Source: Somniosus microcephalus (taxonomy: Eukaryota). From it: a stretch of DNA of 64,000 bases. Shown here one piece after another: positions 1-12,469 of this stretch (position 1 is the first letter of the stretch; the number at the start of each line of letters is the position of its first letter). The stretch spans positions 9,300,001 to 9,364,000 of the forward strand of contig JBMRGM010000038.1 in NCBI GenBank assembly GCA_052327205.1. Direction: 5' to 3'. Both the position numbers and the translations under genes were made by a program. The notes under the pieces are model-generated. The model ran no database searches. It was not told where the DNA came from and saw only the letters and a list, made by a program, of their open reading frames with translations.

Positions 1-105
1 TCCGTAATCCCAACCAAATCATATTCGTTTACCTCTATTTGCGCAGCCAATTCGTCCACGTTATTACAAATGCTCCTCGCATTAAGACACAAAGCATTCA
101 GGCTT
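1..105 (-). pseudogene. CR1 LINE ORF2 N-terminus (APE endonuclease), continues off the window
   Basis: Reverse strand reads LNALCLNARSICNNVDELAAQIEVNEYDLVGIT, the typical start of a CR1 endonuclease. Confidence 0.85.
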
Positions 106-281
106 GTTTTTTAACGCTCTTAGAACTATTAGAATTGTTATTTACTGTGGCCACGTTTGATTTAAACCGTTGATTTCTCTGACTGCCACTTTTGTTTTTC
201 TCCTTCCTATCTTTTGCTTTTATCCCTGTTTCCCTTTCCTCTGTCTCCCTGCTCAGGTTCCCAACCCCCTGCCATTTTAGT

Positions 282-790
282 TTAACCCCCCTGAACAGTG
301 CTAGCTAACCTCCCCGCAAGGATATTTGTGCTGCTCTGGTTCAGGTGCAACCCGTCTGACTCATACAAGTCCCACCTTCCCCAGAAGCAGGCCCAATGAT
401 CCAGGAAACTAAAGTCCTCACTCCTGCACCAACTCTTTAGCCACGCATTCATCTGCTCTATCCTGCTATTCCTATACTCACTAGCACGTGGCACCGGGAA
501 TAATCCAGAGATTACAACCTTCGAGTTCCTGCTCTTTAATCTGCTACCTATCTCCCTAAATACTTGCTGCAGGACCTCATCCCTCTTCCTACCCATGTCA
601 TTGGTCCCAATGTGAACCACGACCTCTGTCTGTTCACCCTCCCCCTTCAGAATGCCCTGCAGCCGTTCAGTGACATCCTTGACCCTGGCACCAGGGGGGC
701 AACAAACCATCCTGGAGTCACGTCTATGGCCACAGAGACGATAGAATCCCCTACCGCTATTGCTCTCCCACTCTTTTTCCTCCCATTTTT
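282..790 (-). mobile_element. CR1 LINE ORF1 fragment (SGNH esterase-like domain)
   Basis: ORF 282..857 has CCPPGARVKDV, VVVHIGTND and DGLHLN motifs of the CR1 ORF1 esterase; it lies directly upstream of the ORF2 start. Confidence 0.85.
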
Positions 791-1139
791 GGAAAGTCTG
801 AATAACCACAATTTCTTCACGTCCTGCTTCCTGTGAGAATTCTACATTGTGCTGCACAGGCTATAAGTTGATAAATCAGCATCATTAACAAATATAATTA
901 GTTGAAGCTATAGCCAATAAAAAGTTTTTGTATAAAAATGTAAGGATGAAATTGGCCTGGGCAGGGACAGTAAAACGGGCGATGGTGAATCGGCAGCCTT
1001 TATGACGTGCCCTCGGTTTACTTTTCCATTTAACACAGTGCTCCATACGGGGTCTGACCAAGGCTCTGTATAACTGAAACATTAATTCCTCCAATTCATA
1101 TTAGAGCTCCCTTGAGATTTGATGTTTAATTCCTCTCAG

Positions 1140-1231
1140 GACACCTTGGAATTGGCACAAATGATGCCTTGCCAGAGCTGCCGACAGACCAAGGAGCAAT
1201 CATTGAAAAAACTGAATTAATCTTTCAAAAA
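1140..1231 (+). CDS. Candidate isolated internal exon (30 codons, HLGIGTNDALPELPTDQGAIIEKTELIFQK)
   Basis: Pyrimidine-rich acceptor ttcctctcAG at 1138-1139, donor GTGAGT at 1232, one open frame. No homology recognised. Confidence 0.3.
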
Positions 1232-3089
1232 GTGAGTATGACATGGTGCAGCTGAAATATAAGTAGCCAAGATTTTTTATTTAATTATTACAAAATACAG
1301 CACCTTAAAATGACAATAGTAGAGGCAGTTCAAACACCAGCGATCACTAACATACACGGATGAGCGATTTGATTTCCATCTTACACCACGTATCTCTCGT
1401 AATCTTCTGCTGTGCCTTTTCTAGTTTCAGTTTTTCTAGAAGTCTTGGACAGCTATCATCGTGGCTTCTTTAACATGAGAACCTCCATAAAGCAACTGAA
1501 TAGGGTTTATGCAACCTGTCATCATAACTTGACCCTATAAGCCCATATAATCATTGTGGTGAATCAGGGCTGTTCCTCCTCCAGAACCATATATATATTT
1601 CCTGAGGTTCGATGACCAAAATTTAATGCAGTACCGCAAATGGGGCCTGGCTTCACTTCCTTTCATTTGTGTTTCAGCCCCCATTAGCATCGAATCATAA
1701 AGCCCTCCAGGCAGCAAGGGAGTGGCAATAAATTGAACCTTGTCAGCATCACCCACAACCCAAGAACCAACAAATAATAGAACGTCTGTATAATTGAAAA
1801 TGTTCAAACCTGTAGTGGTGCAGATGCAATAAAAATGTAAAGATATTTTTATTTCAAAATTACAGAAGATAAATAATCTGTGGCCACTAGTGGAGGCCAA
1901 TTTTACACCAAGAAACTATACATCGATAGCCATTTTAATTTGTATATTAAACTGGTGAATCTCGAGATTTTCTGTGATGCCTTTTCTCTTCACTGCATTA
2001 CAAGAAACCATGGCAAACCTTCAAAGCTAACTTAAATATGAGAACTTACGTAAAGCAAATGCATAAAGCATGGATGACTGAGTGAAAGGCTCACCTTATC
2101 TGATGAATTGCTGCTGCCAAGAGTTTGGGCCTTTGATTAAATAATTTAAAAAACTTTTAGAAACCAGAGATAATATGTGAATACATGGTTTTGGCCAAAA
2201 CTCCAACCAAACAATTTTACAGCTCATGAAGAGGTCAATCTGCTCATTGAGCCTGTGCTGCAGCACTCCATCATTAAACTCACTACCTCTCCCCACAGGC
2301 CGCTATTTTCATTTGTTTCGTATAATTATCCAAATTCGCTTTTAAGGATGCAATGATCTCTTCATTTACCATCCTCTGTAGCAAATTATTCCATGCTCCA
2401 ACAATCCTCTCCTCACTCTCCTGGTGACAATTCTGAATTGGGGCTCCATCGTCACTGACCATACTCCATGCACAGAGGGAATAGTCTTTGATTGTTCACT
2501 ATATCAAAAGAACCTATAAATGTAAAGATCTCTTTAAATTCCCTATTAATCTTGTCTGCTCCCATGGAAATAATCCAAGTATCTCAAATATACTTACATA
2601 GCTATTGTCTCCCATCTCTGGCACCTTCCTGTGCTGTGCTGTTCGCTCTGTATGGCATTAATATCCTATGTATAATGCGATGTCCAACAGTGCATGCAGT
2701 ACTCTAGCTGTATCCTAACCAAAGCTTGGTGCAAAATTATCAGTGCCTATTAGATAGACACAGATATTGACTTAATAGGGATATTAAGATTCAGTCATTC
2801 CGGTCATTATTTAATCCTCTTATTTACAGTATATTTGCATTATATTTAAATATTTTGAATCAGAGTGGTTGAAACAATATCACATTTAAAGTAGCCAAAC
2901 GTGGTTATAAACCTGCAAACTAACAAGTGACGAGAACGTGGAATGCCTCTCTTGCAACCTAACTTTCCATTCAGCCATCCTAGAACAGGATAACACAAGC
3001 CACCTCCCCAGGGGAAAGCTAGACAGCAACACCCCCTTAATCCACCCCACTGACATAGGACCCAGCACTCAGAAGATCATAGCAAGTGT

Positions 3090-3420
3090 TGAATCGAATT
3101 GGCTGAAGACTGGCTTCTGTGATGGTGAGGACCTCAGGAGGAGGCCGATAAGTATCATCCACTCGGCACTTCTAGCTTAAGATGGTTGCAAACACGTCAG
3201 CCTTGTCTTCTGCACTCAAGTGCTGGGCTCCACCATCATTGCGGATGGGGATAGTCATGGAGCTTTCTCCTCCCGTTAGTTGTTTAATGGTACACCACCA
3301 TTCACGACTGGATGTGACAGGGCTGCAGAGATTTAATCTGTTTGCGTGATTATGGGCTCGCTCTCTATAACCTGCCTCATCCACTTTTCAGCATGCATGT
3401 AGTTCTGTGTTGCAGCTTCC
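3090..3420 (-). mobile_element. Zenon-like CR1-group LINE fragment
   Basis: SSREWWCTIKQLTGG...IP..NDGGAQHLSAEDKADVFA; similar sequence recurs at 13255-13990. Confidence 0.7.
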
Positions 3421-3479
3421 CTAACACAACATATAACACATTATTATAGGGACAATAGTAGAGGCAGTTCAAACACCAG

Positions 3480-6400
3480 AGAGTACGATTTTCGGAGCTT
3501 GAGCGGCGGCTGGGTTAACTGCGGTGCACCGTCAGGCTGAGCGTTACGTGGGTAGCACGTTTTAGAGGTGGTCACCCCGCAGCTTAATAGTATGCAGGCA
3601 GAGAGGGAATGGGTGACCACCAGACAGATGTGGAAGACCAGGCAGGTAGTGCAGGAGTCCGCGGAGTGCATTGTGCTCTCCAACCAGTATTCTGTTCTGA
3701 GTACTGGTGAGGGTGATGTTTCCTCTGGGGAATGCAGCCAGAGTCATGTCCAGGGCACCATGGGTGGCTCAGCAGCACAGGAGGGGGGAAGGAAAAAGAG
3801 TGGAAGAGCAATAGTGGTAGGTGATTCGATAGTTAGGGGAGAAGACAGACATTTCTGCGATGTTAGATGTGACTCCACAATGGTATTTTGTCTCCCTGGT
3901 GCCAGGTTCAAGGATGTCACTGAGCAGCTGCAGGACACTCTGAGGGGGATGGGTGAAAACCCAGAGATCGAAAGAGGAATGATGTCCCGCAGGCAGAATT
4001 TAGGGACCTAGGAGAGAGATTTCAAATCAGGACCTCAAAGCTAGTATTCTCCGGATTACTCGTGGTGCCATGTGCGAGTGAATACAGGAATAGGGGGATA
4101 GAATAGAGGAATGCGTGGCTGGAGAGATGGTGCAGGAGGGAGGACTTTAGATTCCTGAGAAACTGGGAATGTTTCTCTGGTAGTTAGGACCTGTACCTGC
4201 CGGACGGGTTACACCTCAACAGAGCTGAGACCAATATTCTCACGGGAAGCTACATTAGTGCTGTTGTCGAGGGTTTAAAGTAGCTTGGCAGGGGTTGGCC
4301 ACCAGCATATAGGAGTAGAGAAGAGCAGTAAGGCGCATAAAGGAGTGAGTGTGTTGGATAGTACTAGAGAAAATAGCAATAGAGGGGGTAACTGCACCAT
4401 ATTAGATAGGAGCAGACTAAAAAGATGTAGAAAAATTTAAAAAATGGGTTTAGAATGCATATACATAAATGCGCAAAGGGCGGTGAATAAGGTTGGTGAG
4501 CTACAGCAAAACTAGCCGTGTGGCAATATGATGTTGTGGCAATAACGGAAACGTGGCTTTAAAATGGTGAGGACTGGGCACTTAATATTCAAGGGTACAA
4601 TGTGTTCAGAAAAGATTGGGAGGGAAAAAACGTAGGTGGGGTGGCTGTGCTGATTAAGGAAGACAATGTCGTTTTGGAAAGAGAGGGTGTTCTGGAGGGA
4701 ACAAGGACAGGATCCAATTGGTTAGAGTTGAAGAGCAAAAAGGGTATCATCTCACTATTGGAGGTATTCTAAAGGCCGTCAAATAGTGAGAGGGGGGTAG
4801 AGGAGCAAATCTGCAGGGAAATCACAGAGAAAAGTAAGAGCTTAAGAGTGGTGATATTGGGCGACTTTAATTACCCAAATATCGATTGGAAAAATGCTGC
4901 GATAAAGGAAAAGTAGTGAGGGGTGTTCAGAAGTTAGTTCAGCAGAATTTCCTTGACCAATATGCTCTTGGACCAACTAGGAAGGAGGCATTTATGGATC
5001 TGGTGCTGAGGAATGAGGAGGGCCATGTCGACCAAGTGTCTGTGGGAGAACACTTGGGTACGAGTGATAATTGTGTCACAAGATTTAGATTAGCAATGGA
5101 GAGGATCAAGGAGCAATCTAGAGTGGAACTTCTAAACTGGAATAGGGCTAAATCAATGGGATGTGAAAGGATCTAGCCAAATACAATGGAAACATAGACT
5201 GATAGGAAACACTGTAACTGAACAATGGGTGATCTATGAGGAGGCGACGCTCCAAGCACAGGCTAGTTACATTCCAAAAAAGGGAAGGGTGAGTAAACCA
5301 AAGCAAGGTCTTCTTGGATGACGAGGAAGATAGAGAAGTCGGTGAAACAAAAAAAAATGGTGTATGATGTATGTCAGATGAATTATTAAAGGGAGAACCA
5401 GTCCAAATACAATAAGTTGAGAGGGGCTGTGAAGATGAAAATAATATTGGAAAAGTGGGAATATGAGAGTAGAATGGCGGTTAACATAATGGGGAACACA
5501 AAATTCATCTAATGGCATGTAAACAACAGCAAGCGGGAGGGGGGGTTGGCGACTATTAGAGACAAAGAAGGTGATATTTGGTTAGAGATGCAGGGAAAAG
5601 CTAGAATGCACAATGAGTACTTGGTTTTGGTGTTTACTAAGGAGGGGAATCCTGACAAAATTTCGGTAGAAGTGGAAAATGTAGAAGCAATGGAAGAGGT
5701 GAAAATTGATAGACAGGATGTACTAGAAAGACTGGGTATGCTCAGAGAGGACACGTCGCCTGGTCTAGATGGCTTGCATCCCAGTTTGCTAAGGAATTTG
5801 GCAGAGGAGATAGCAGAACGGCTTGCCATAATTTTACAATCTTCCCTAAATGCGGGGTTGGAAAGTGGCAAATGTCACACCATTGTTTAAGAAAGGGTGT
5901 AAGGACAATCCTAGTAAGTACAGGTCGGTCAGTTTAACATCAGTGGTGGGTAAAGTTTTAGAAACAATAATCAAGGAAAAAAGTAACAGGCACTTGAAGA
6001 GGTTAAAGCTAATTAAGGAGAGCCAACACGGATTTCCTACGAGGAACAGCACCTCATCTTCCGATTAGGCACTCTGCAGCCTTCCGGACTCAATATCGAG
6101 TTCAACAATTTCAGATCATAACCTCGGACCCTATTACAAATTTTCTTGTAATTTTTTCCACTCCTTTCCCCCCGCTTTCCTTTTGTTTCTCTCTCACACC
6201 TGGCAGCTATCCCTTACCCTGCCAGTACACTTCACACCTAATCTCAGCCTATTACCATCTCGTCTAGCTTCGAATACCTTTTATTGTCTCTTTTATTCCT
6301 TTTGTTTCTTTTACTTCTTTTGTCCGAACGCAGCCCTGCCTTCGATCTATTTTCTTTTCTTTCCAGTTTTGAAGCAGGGTTCGACCCGAAACGTCAACTC

Positions 6401-7622
6401 ATATTTCTCTCCACGAATGTTGCCTGACCTGCTGAGTTTTTCCAGCATTTTCTGTTGTTATTTTGTAAAAGTCAGATCGTGTTTGACTAATCTAATTGAA
6501 TTTTTTGATGACGTAATAGAGAGGATTGATGAAGGGAATGCGATGGATGTTGTCTGCATGGATTTAATAAGGCGTTTGACCAGATACCACATAGAAGGCT
6601 GGTTAACAAAATTGAGGCTCCTGGAACAGATGGGTCAGTGGCAGCTTGGATGAAGAATTGGCTTAAGGATAGAAAGCAGCGAGTTGTGGTAAATGGCTGT
6701 TTTTCAGACTGGAGGATAGTAGACAGTGGTGTTCCCAAAGGGTTATTTCATGGGCCACTGCCTTTCTTGATATATATAAATGACCTGGATATTGGAATAG
6801 AGAGAAGGATTTTTAAATTTATCGATGACACCAAAATGTGGGGTGTAGCAAACAGTGTGGATGATACCAATCGACTGCAATGGGACATAGAACGGCTAGC
6901 AGAATGGGCAGACACGTGGCAGATGGAATTTATTACAGAGAACTGTGAGGTGATGCATTTTGCCATAAGGACATGGAGAGGCAATATACACTTAATGGCA
7001 CAGTTTTAAAGAGTGTACAGGGACAGAGGGACCTGGGGTTTAATGTGCATAGGTCCCTGAATATGGCGGGACATATTGAGAGGGTGGTTTACAAAGCATA
7101 TGGGATCTTGGGCTTCATAAATAGAGGCATTGAGTACAAAAGTAGGTAAGTTATGCTGACCCTGTATAAAGCGTTCTGGGGCTGGGGGATCTTAGCTACA
7201 AGGACAGGTTGGATAAGCTGGTTTTGTTATCGTTAGAGCAAAGTAAGTTGAGGGGTGATTTGATGGAGGTGTACAAGAATTTGACGGGTTTGGATAGGCT
7301 AGATGGTGAAAGGCTGTTTCCACTAGTTGACAGTACAAGGACTGGGGGACACAGATTTAGGGTTTTGACAAGAGATACCCTGGGAATTCGAGGAAGATCT
7401 TTTTTTCACAATGAGTGGTGATGACGTGGAATTCGCTGCTGATGGAATTGGTGGAAGTGGAGACTCTGAATGTTTTCAAGGGGAGACTGGATAGGCACTT
7501 GGGGGGCTACGGGGTTAGAGCGGGCGAGTGGGACTGCCTGGATTGCTCTACAGAGAGCCGACATGGACTCGAAGGGCCGAATGGCCTCCTTCTCTACCGT
7601 TATGACTCTTTGACTCTATGAC
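3480..7622 (+). mobile_element. Near full-length decayed CR1 LINE (ORF1 esterase, ORF2 EN-RT, 3' UTR with (TATGACTC)n-like tail), interrupted by a Penelope fragment
   Basis: ORF1 VVGDSIVRG/CLPGA; ORF2 pieces SPGLDGLHP, ANVTPLFKKG, ESQHGF..SCLTNL, FIDDTK, WQMEF; tail tatgactctttgactctatgac at about 7601-7622. Many stops and frameshifts. Confidence 0.92.
6036..6461 (+). mobile_element. Penelope-like element 3' fragment inserted in the CR1 RT
   Basis: Encodes EQHLIFRLGTLQPSGLNIEFNNFRS* (GIY-YIG C-terminus, also at about 11750-11830) and the pLTR tail. It splits the CR1 motif SQHGF|VK.RSCLTNL. Confidence 0.85.
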
Positions 7623-7681
7623 CTGTATTTGTAGACCGTGGTTCTCTGCTGAGATGTTCTTACTACAGCTCACGGAGCCGA

Positions 7682-7754
7682 GTTCCCAATGTGTAGTTGT
7701 TGTCACGTTCACCTAATACCTGAAATGCCCTCGGTTTGAAACCGAGCAGAAACA
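7682..7754 (+). pseudogene. tRNA-Val(AAC)-derived pseudogene
   Basis: Collinear with vertebrate tRNA-Val (gtgtagt..tcacgttc.cctaa.ac..gaaa...cggtt.gaaaccg.gc.gaaaca), many substitutions, followed by TTTT. Confidence 0.75.
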
Positions 7755-8545
7755 TTTTGCAAAACATTCCCCATTAAAATTGAATTAATATAATATAATG
7801 ACTAATTTTTGTGGTTAAATATGAATTAAATAAATTATCTCATGAAACCCGTGTATTTTCTCTGCACAATTCTGGGCCATAAGCAGCAGTAGAATTGTAT
7901 TCAACCACAATCTGTAGCCTCCTAGCCTGGCAGATCCCTCAGTCTACCATTACCATCAACCCAGGGGACCAAACCTGGTGCAATGAGATGTGTGGAAGAG
8001 CAGGCCAGGAGCGGCACCAGGCGCACCTAAAAATGAGACCATTCCAAACTGCTGAAGCTGGATATGGAACCAAGATGGGCCAATGCAGTTGAGATACAAA
8101 TTATCCAGGATCTAATGGAATGATGGAACAGGGCTGAGGGGCTGAATGGCCTCATCCTGTTCCTAATAAGCTCCCACAATTAAGAAAATGTTACAAAATG
8201 TCTTTCTGGTATCCCAGTGGATGATCTCACATTACTGACATTGTACGCAGTGCTCCAGTTAACCCCTGTGTCCCGGCGCCTGGCTTAATAACAGGACAGC
8301 GTTCATGGGAGGGGTTGTTCAGCTGTGGTCCGATAATAATTTTTAGAATGAGGTTTGTTAGATTAAAGAGCTCTTTTTCTGTTACATTCGATTTACACTC
8401 TGCCCAGTTGTATTTACGAACAGTTAACAATGTTTCCTCGGTGTGGTGTGTTCAATGTTTGTGCAGTAACTCGGTCACCCAGTGTGAGTATGAAAGACAA
8501 TCCCCAGCCTGGGCTCAAACCAATCCAAATGCGCAATCTGTGGAC

Positions 8546-8602
8546 GGTGAGAACCTGGTGCGCATAAAACTCAGCGTGCAGGTTCGATCCCCGTACGGAC
8601 TA
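8546..8602 (+). pseudogene. tRNA-Ile(AAT)-derived pseudogene (3' three-quarters)
   Basis: ggtgagaacctggtgcgcataa...ggttcgatccccgtacggacta resembles tRNA-Ile ggttagagcgtggtgctaataa...ggttcgatccccgtacgggcca. Confidence 0.6.
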
Positions 8603-8969
8603 TTAGAATATTTGATAATTTTACACTTTATCGTAACAATTAAAATACAAACTTTATAAAGCAAGAAATCACATCAGAATCTCATTGGGGAATTATTTGG
8701 ATTAACATCCATTGCACCTTTTCCACCAGGCTGAGCGGAAAGACACATCTTTCTGTTTATTTGTGTTTCTGGGTTTGCTGATGGACAAATACACCAATGA
8801 AATATTCAGCTGGCACCGAGAGAGACAACATCCAGAGAAAAGCACAGAAGGACATAGAGAAACAAAAACATTTCCCATCCTTGATGTCTCTCTATGACTC
8901 AGTGCCAGAGAAAAAAATTCAGTTCAATTCGTGAACCGGACTGGAAAGGAATTTAAATGAACTGAATCC

Positions 8970-9027
8970 TGCCGAAATCCGAGATTAAACCTTTAGTCTA
9001 GCGCTCTCCCAACTGAGCTATTCCGGC
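8970..9027 (-). pseudogene. tRNA-Phe(GAA)-derived pseudogene with two internal deletions
   Basis: Reverse strand gccggaatagctcagttgggagagcgctagact... matches the tRNA-Phe 5' half; the anticodon loop and part of the T arm are missing. Confidence 0.8.
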
Positions 9028-9482
9028 TTCACGGTAAATTAAAATGTGTGTCATCCACTTGGCGAACACAACTCCGGGTGTAATGACACCTCCCGCTCAT
9101 TCCTTACTGCGGTCAATGTGACCCGACCAGATCTCGGAGCTCAGTTTACTTTAATGTAACGCTGGAGTGTTGATAAAGATACAAAGCTGACACAGCAGAG
9201 GCGATGTCACTCTGTTGGACACAGAGTGAAATACAGTGAGATATTCAAATAAAATTACAGAGCACAAAATGTGTGTAAAATTCCCCTTTGTTTTCTCGGC
9301 GCTGATGGGTTGTGAAGGGGCTGACTAACCGAAGTCCCACTGAGCCGCACTGACCCCGAGACAAGCTGACCTTATATCAATATAAAAGCAAAATACTGCG
9401 GAGGCTGGACATCTGAAATAAAAACAGAAAATACTAGAACTACTCAGCAGGTCAGGCAGCATCTGTAGAGAGAGAGAAACAG

Positions 9483-9519
9483 AGTTAATGTTTCAGGTCA
9501 ATGACCCTTCGTCAGAACT
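9483..9519 (-). ncRNA. Minimal hammerhead ribozyme motif in the Penelope pLTR
   Basis: Reverse strand AGTT-CTGACGA-AGGGTC-ATT-GACCT-GAAAC-ATT-AACT: intact CUGANGA and GAAA core, stem II, and stem I (AGTT/AACT). One G>A change at the cleavage triplet. Confidence 0.75.
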
Positions 9520-10373
9520 GGAAAAAGATGGAGTTGTTGGAGATGTAATGGGCTGCCATTATGTGGGATATGTGGAACATTCTTTGTTCCAGTCCTACTC
9601 CAGTCCCCTCCCTCAGCTCTTTTTCCGGTACATTGATGACTGTATCAGTGTCGTCTCCTACTCTCGTCCTGATCTTGAAAATTTCATTCACTTTGCTTCC
9701 AATTTCCATCCTTCCCTCACCTTCACATGGCCCACCTCTGACTCTTCCCTTCCCTTCATCGACATCGCTGTCTCCATCTCTGGGTTTAGGCTATTGACAA
9801 ATGTTGACTATAAGTGCACTGACTCCCCCAGCTACCTGGACAACACTTTCTCCCTTCCCGCTTCTTGCAAGGACTCAATTCCATTCTCCCAGTTTCTCCT
9901 TCTCTGCCACATGTGCTCTGACGATGCCACCTTCCATGCCAATTATTCCGACATGTCTTGCTTTTTCCTCAACCGAGGATTCTCCTCTACCATGGTTGAC
10001 ATGGCCCTTGGCCGTGTCCATTCTATTTCCCACACTTCTGCTCTCACCCCTTCCCCTCCCTCCCAGAACAACTTGACCTCACCTTTCACTCCACCAGCCT
10101 GCACATTCAATGGATCATTCTGCACCATCTACGCCACCTCCAAAGTAATCCCACCACCAATCACATCTTCCTCTCACCTCCGCTTTCAGCTTTCTGAAGG
10201 GATCGCTCCCTCTGCGGCACCCTGGTCCACTCCTCCATCACCCCCAACACACTTTGCCCTTGCCCGGCACCTTCCCATGCAAGCGCAGGAGATACAACAC
10301 ATGCAATTTTACCTCCTACCTTCCCACTGTCCAGGGCCCCAAACACTCCTACCTGGTGAACCAAGGATTTACT

Positions 10374-11530
10374 GGGTGAGGTGAGAGTGACTACACTTGA
10401 TATCAAGGCAGCATTTGACCGAGTCTGGCATCAATGAGCTCTAGTGAAACTGAAGTCAATGGGAATCAGGGAAAACTCCCCACTGGCTGGAGTCATACCG
10501 AGCACAAAGGAAGATGGTTGCGGTGGGTGAAGGTCAATCATCACAGCCGCAGGACTTCGCTGCAGGAGTTCCTCAGGGCAGTGTCCTAGGCCCAACCATC
10601 TTCAGCTGTTTCATCAATGAAATTCCCTCTAAAGTAGGTTAGAAATGGGAATGTTCGCTGATGACTGCACTGTGTTCAGTGCCACTCACAACTCCACTGA
10701 TAATGAAGCAGTCCATGCCCACATGCAACAAGACCTGGACGACAATTAGGCTTGCAGGTAACATTCGTGCCACAGAAGTGCCAGGCAATGAATATCTCCA
10801 ACAAGCGTGAGTCTAACCATCTCCCCATGACATTCAATGCCATTACCATCACCAAAGCCCCCACTATCAACATCGTGGGTGTCACCATCAACCAGAAACT
10901 TAACTGGACCAGCCACATAAATATTGTGGCAAAAAGAGCAGGTCAGATGCTAGGTATTCTGCGGCGAGTGTCCCATCTCCTGACTCCCCAAAGCCTTTAC
11001 ACCATTTACAAGGCACAAGTTAGGAGCGTGATGGAATACTCTCCACTTGCCTGGATGAGTGCAGCTGCAACAACAGGCAAGAAGCTCGACACTATCCAGG
11101 ACAAAGCATCCCGATTGACTGGCACCTCATCCACCACCTTCAAGATTCACTCCCTCCACCACCAACGTACTGTGGCTACATTGTGTACCATCTACAAGAT
11201 GCACTGCAGCAACTCGCCAAGGCTTCTTCAGCAGCACCTCCGAAACCAGCGATCTCTTCCACCGAGAAGGACAAGGGCAGCAGGCGCATGGGAACACCAT
11301 CACCTCCAATTCCCCTCCAAGTCACACACCATCCTGACTTAGAAATATATCGCCAACCCTTCATCATTGCTGGGTCAAAATCCTGGACACTGTGGGAGCA
11401 CTTTCACCACACGAACTACAGCGTTTCAAGAAGGTGGCTCACCACCACCTTCTCAAGGTCAACTATGGATGGGCAATAAGTGACGCCCTTGCCAGCGAAG
11501 CCCAGATCCCATAAGCGAATTTTTATAAAA
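10374..11530 (+). mobile_element. 5'-truncated Zenon-like CR1-group LINE inserted into Penelope
   Basis: LDIKAAFDRVWH, GVPQGSVLGP, FADD, YKAQVRSVMEYSPLAW; same family as 44683-46161. Confidence 0.88.
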
Positions 11531-12098
11531 CTTCTACTTCTGACAATTCAGTATACTGTATTCGCTGCTCACGATGCGGTCTCCTCTACATTGGGGAGTC
11601 CAAACGCAGGTTGGGTGACCGCTTTGCGAAACACCTCCATTCAGTGACCCCGACCTTCCGGTCACCTGTCACTTTAATTCTCTCCACTCCCAGTCTGTCG
11701 TCTCCGTACTCGGCCTCTTACACTGTTCCACTGAAGCTGAACATAAGCTCGGGGAACAGCACTTCATCTTTCGATTAGGCACTTTACAGTCTTCTGGGCT
11801 CAACATCGAATTCAACAATTTCAGCTCATAACCTCGGCCCCTTTCTTGTTATTCTCTCTCTCACATGGCAGCTGTTGATCATCCTGTCGTTGCCATTCAC
11901 ACCTCATCTAGAGTCATCATTTGTTTCTTAACTTGTCCCATTAACATTTCCTTTTGCCTTGCCACCTTATCATTGTTCTCTCTTAATATCTCCTGCCTTC
12001 CATCCTATTGCAGATCTTCCCCTTTGTTCTTCCCTCCTCTCAGCACTCTCCCTGCCCCTATGCTTCCTTAAAAAGCAGTTACATCTCCAACTTTTTCC

Positions 12099-12135
12099 AG
12101 TTCCGACGAAGGGTCATCAAACTGAAACGTTAACT
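12099..12135 (+). ncRNA. Degenerate hammerhead motif in the Penelope 3' tail
   Basis: AGTT-CCGACGA-AGGGTCATCAAACT-GAAAC-GTT-AACT; U4>C lesion and a disrupted stem II. Confidence 0.6.
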
Positions 12136-12469
12136 CTGTTTCTCTCTCTCTAAAGATGCGGCCTGACCTGCTGAGTATTTCCTGCACTTTCTGTAATTAT
12201 ATCAAGTTCAATCTTCAGCAGCGAGATGCTGGAGAGAGACAATAGTTCCAAATCATGGAGTAATATTCTGGTTCTGATGTTGAATCTCATTTATATCAAG
12301 CACCCCTTGAATTCCCAGCTGGGGGATTCAGAGCTGGGGATCGCCTGAGAAATCACCTTAAACACATTGAAACAACAGCCTCTATCCCTCCTCCCTGTCT
12401 GTTATTGCTGGGTGGCAGCTGATGGCTCTGTCCCAGGGGCTCCGCTTGTGAGCAGAGTTTTCAGATCTT

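Larger units (their letters stand above)
9380..12200 (+). mobile_element. Penelope-like retroelement (RT C-half + GIY-YIG) with inverted upstream pseudo-LTR, interrupted by a LINE
   Basis: ORF 9488..10384 has FFRYIDD, FHPSLTFT, LPFIDI, SIPFSQFL. After the insertion it continues VYCIRCSRCGLLYIGESKRRLGDRF. 9380-9535 is the reverse complement of the 3' tail at about 12080-12200. Confidence 0.9.

Noticed and set aside
1375-2135. Minus-strand exon candidates (donors near 1380 and 2094)
   Set aside because: Weak acceptors or stops in all frames; cannot be supported without transcripts.
885-2720. Short ORFs 885..1094, 1535..1900 and 2492..2707 as host genes
   Set aside because: They overlap old CR1 3' fragments (LVRP..EHCV, RPHLRYCIKFWS) and otherwise lack recognisable domains.
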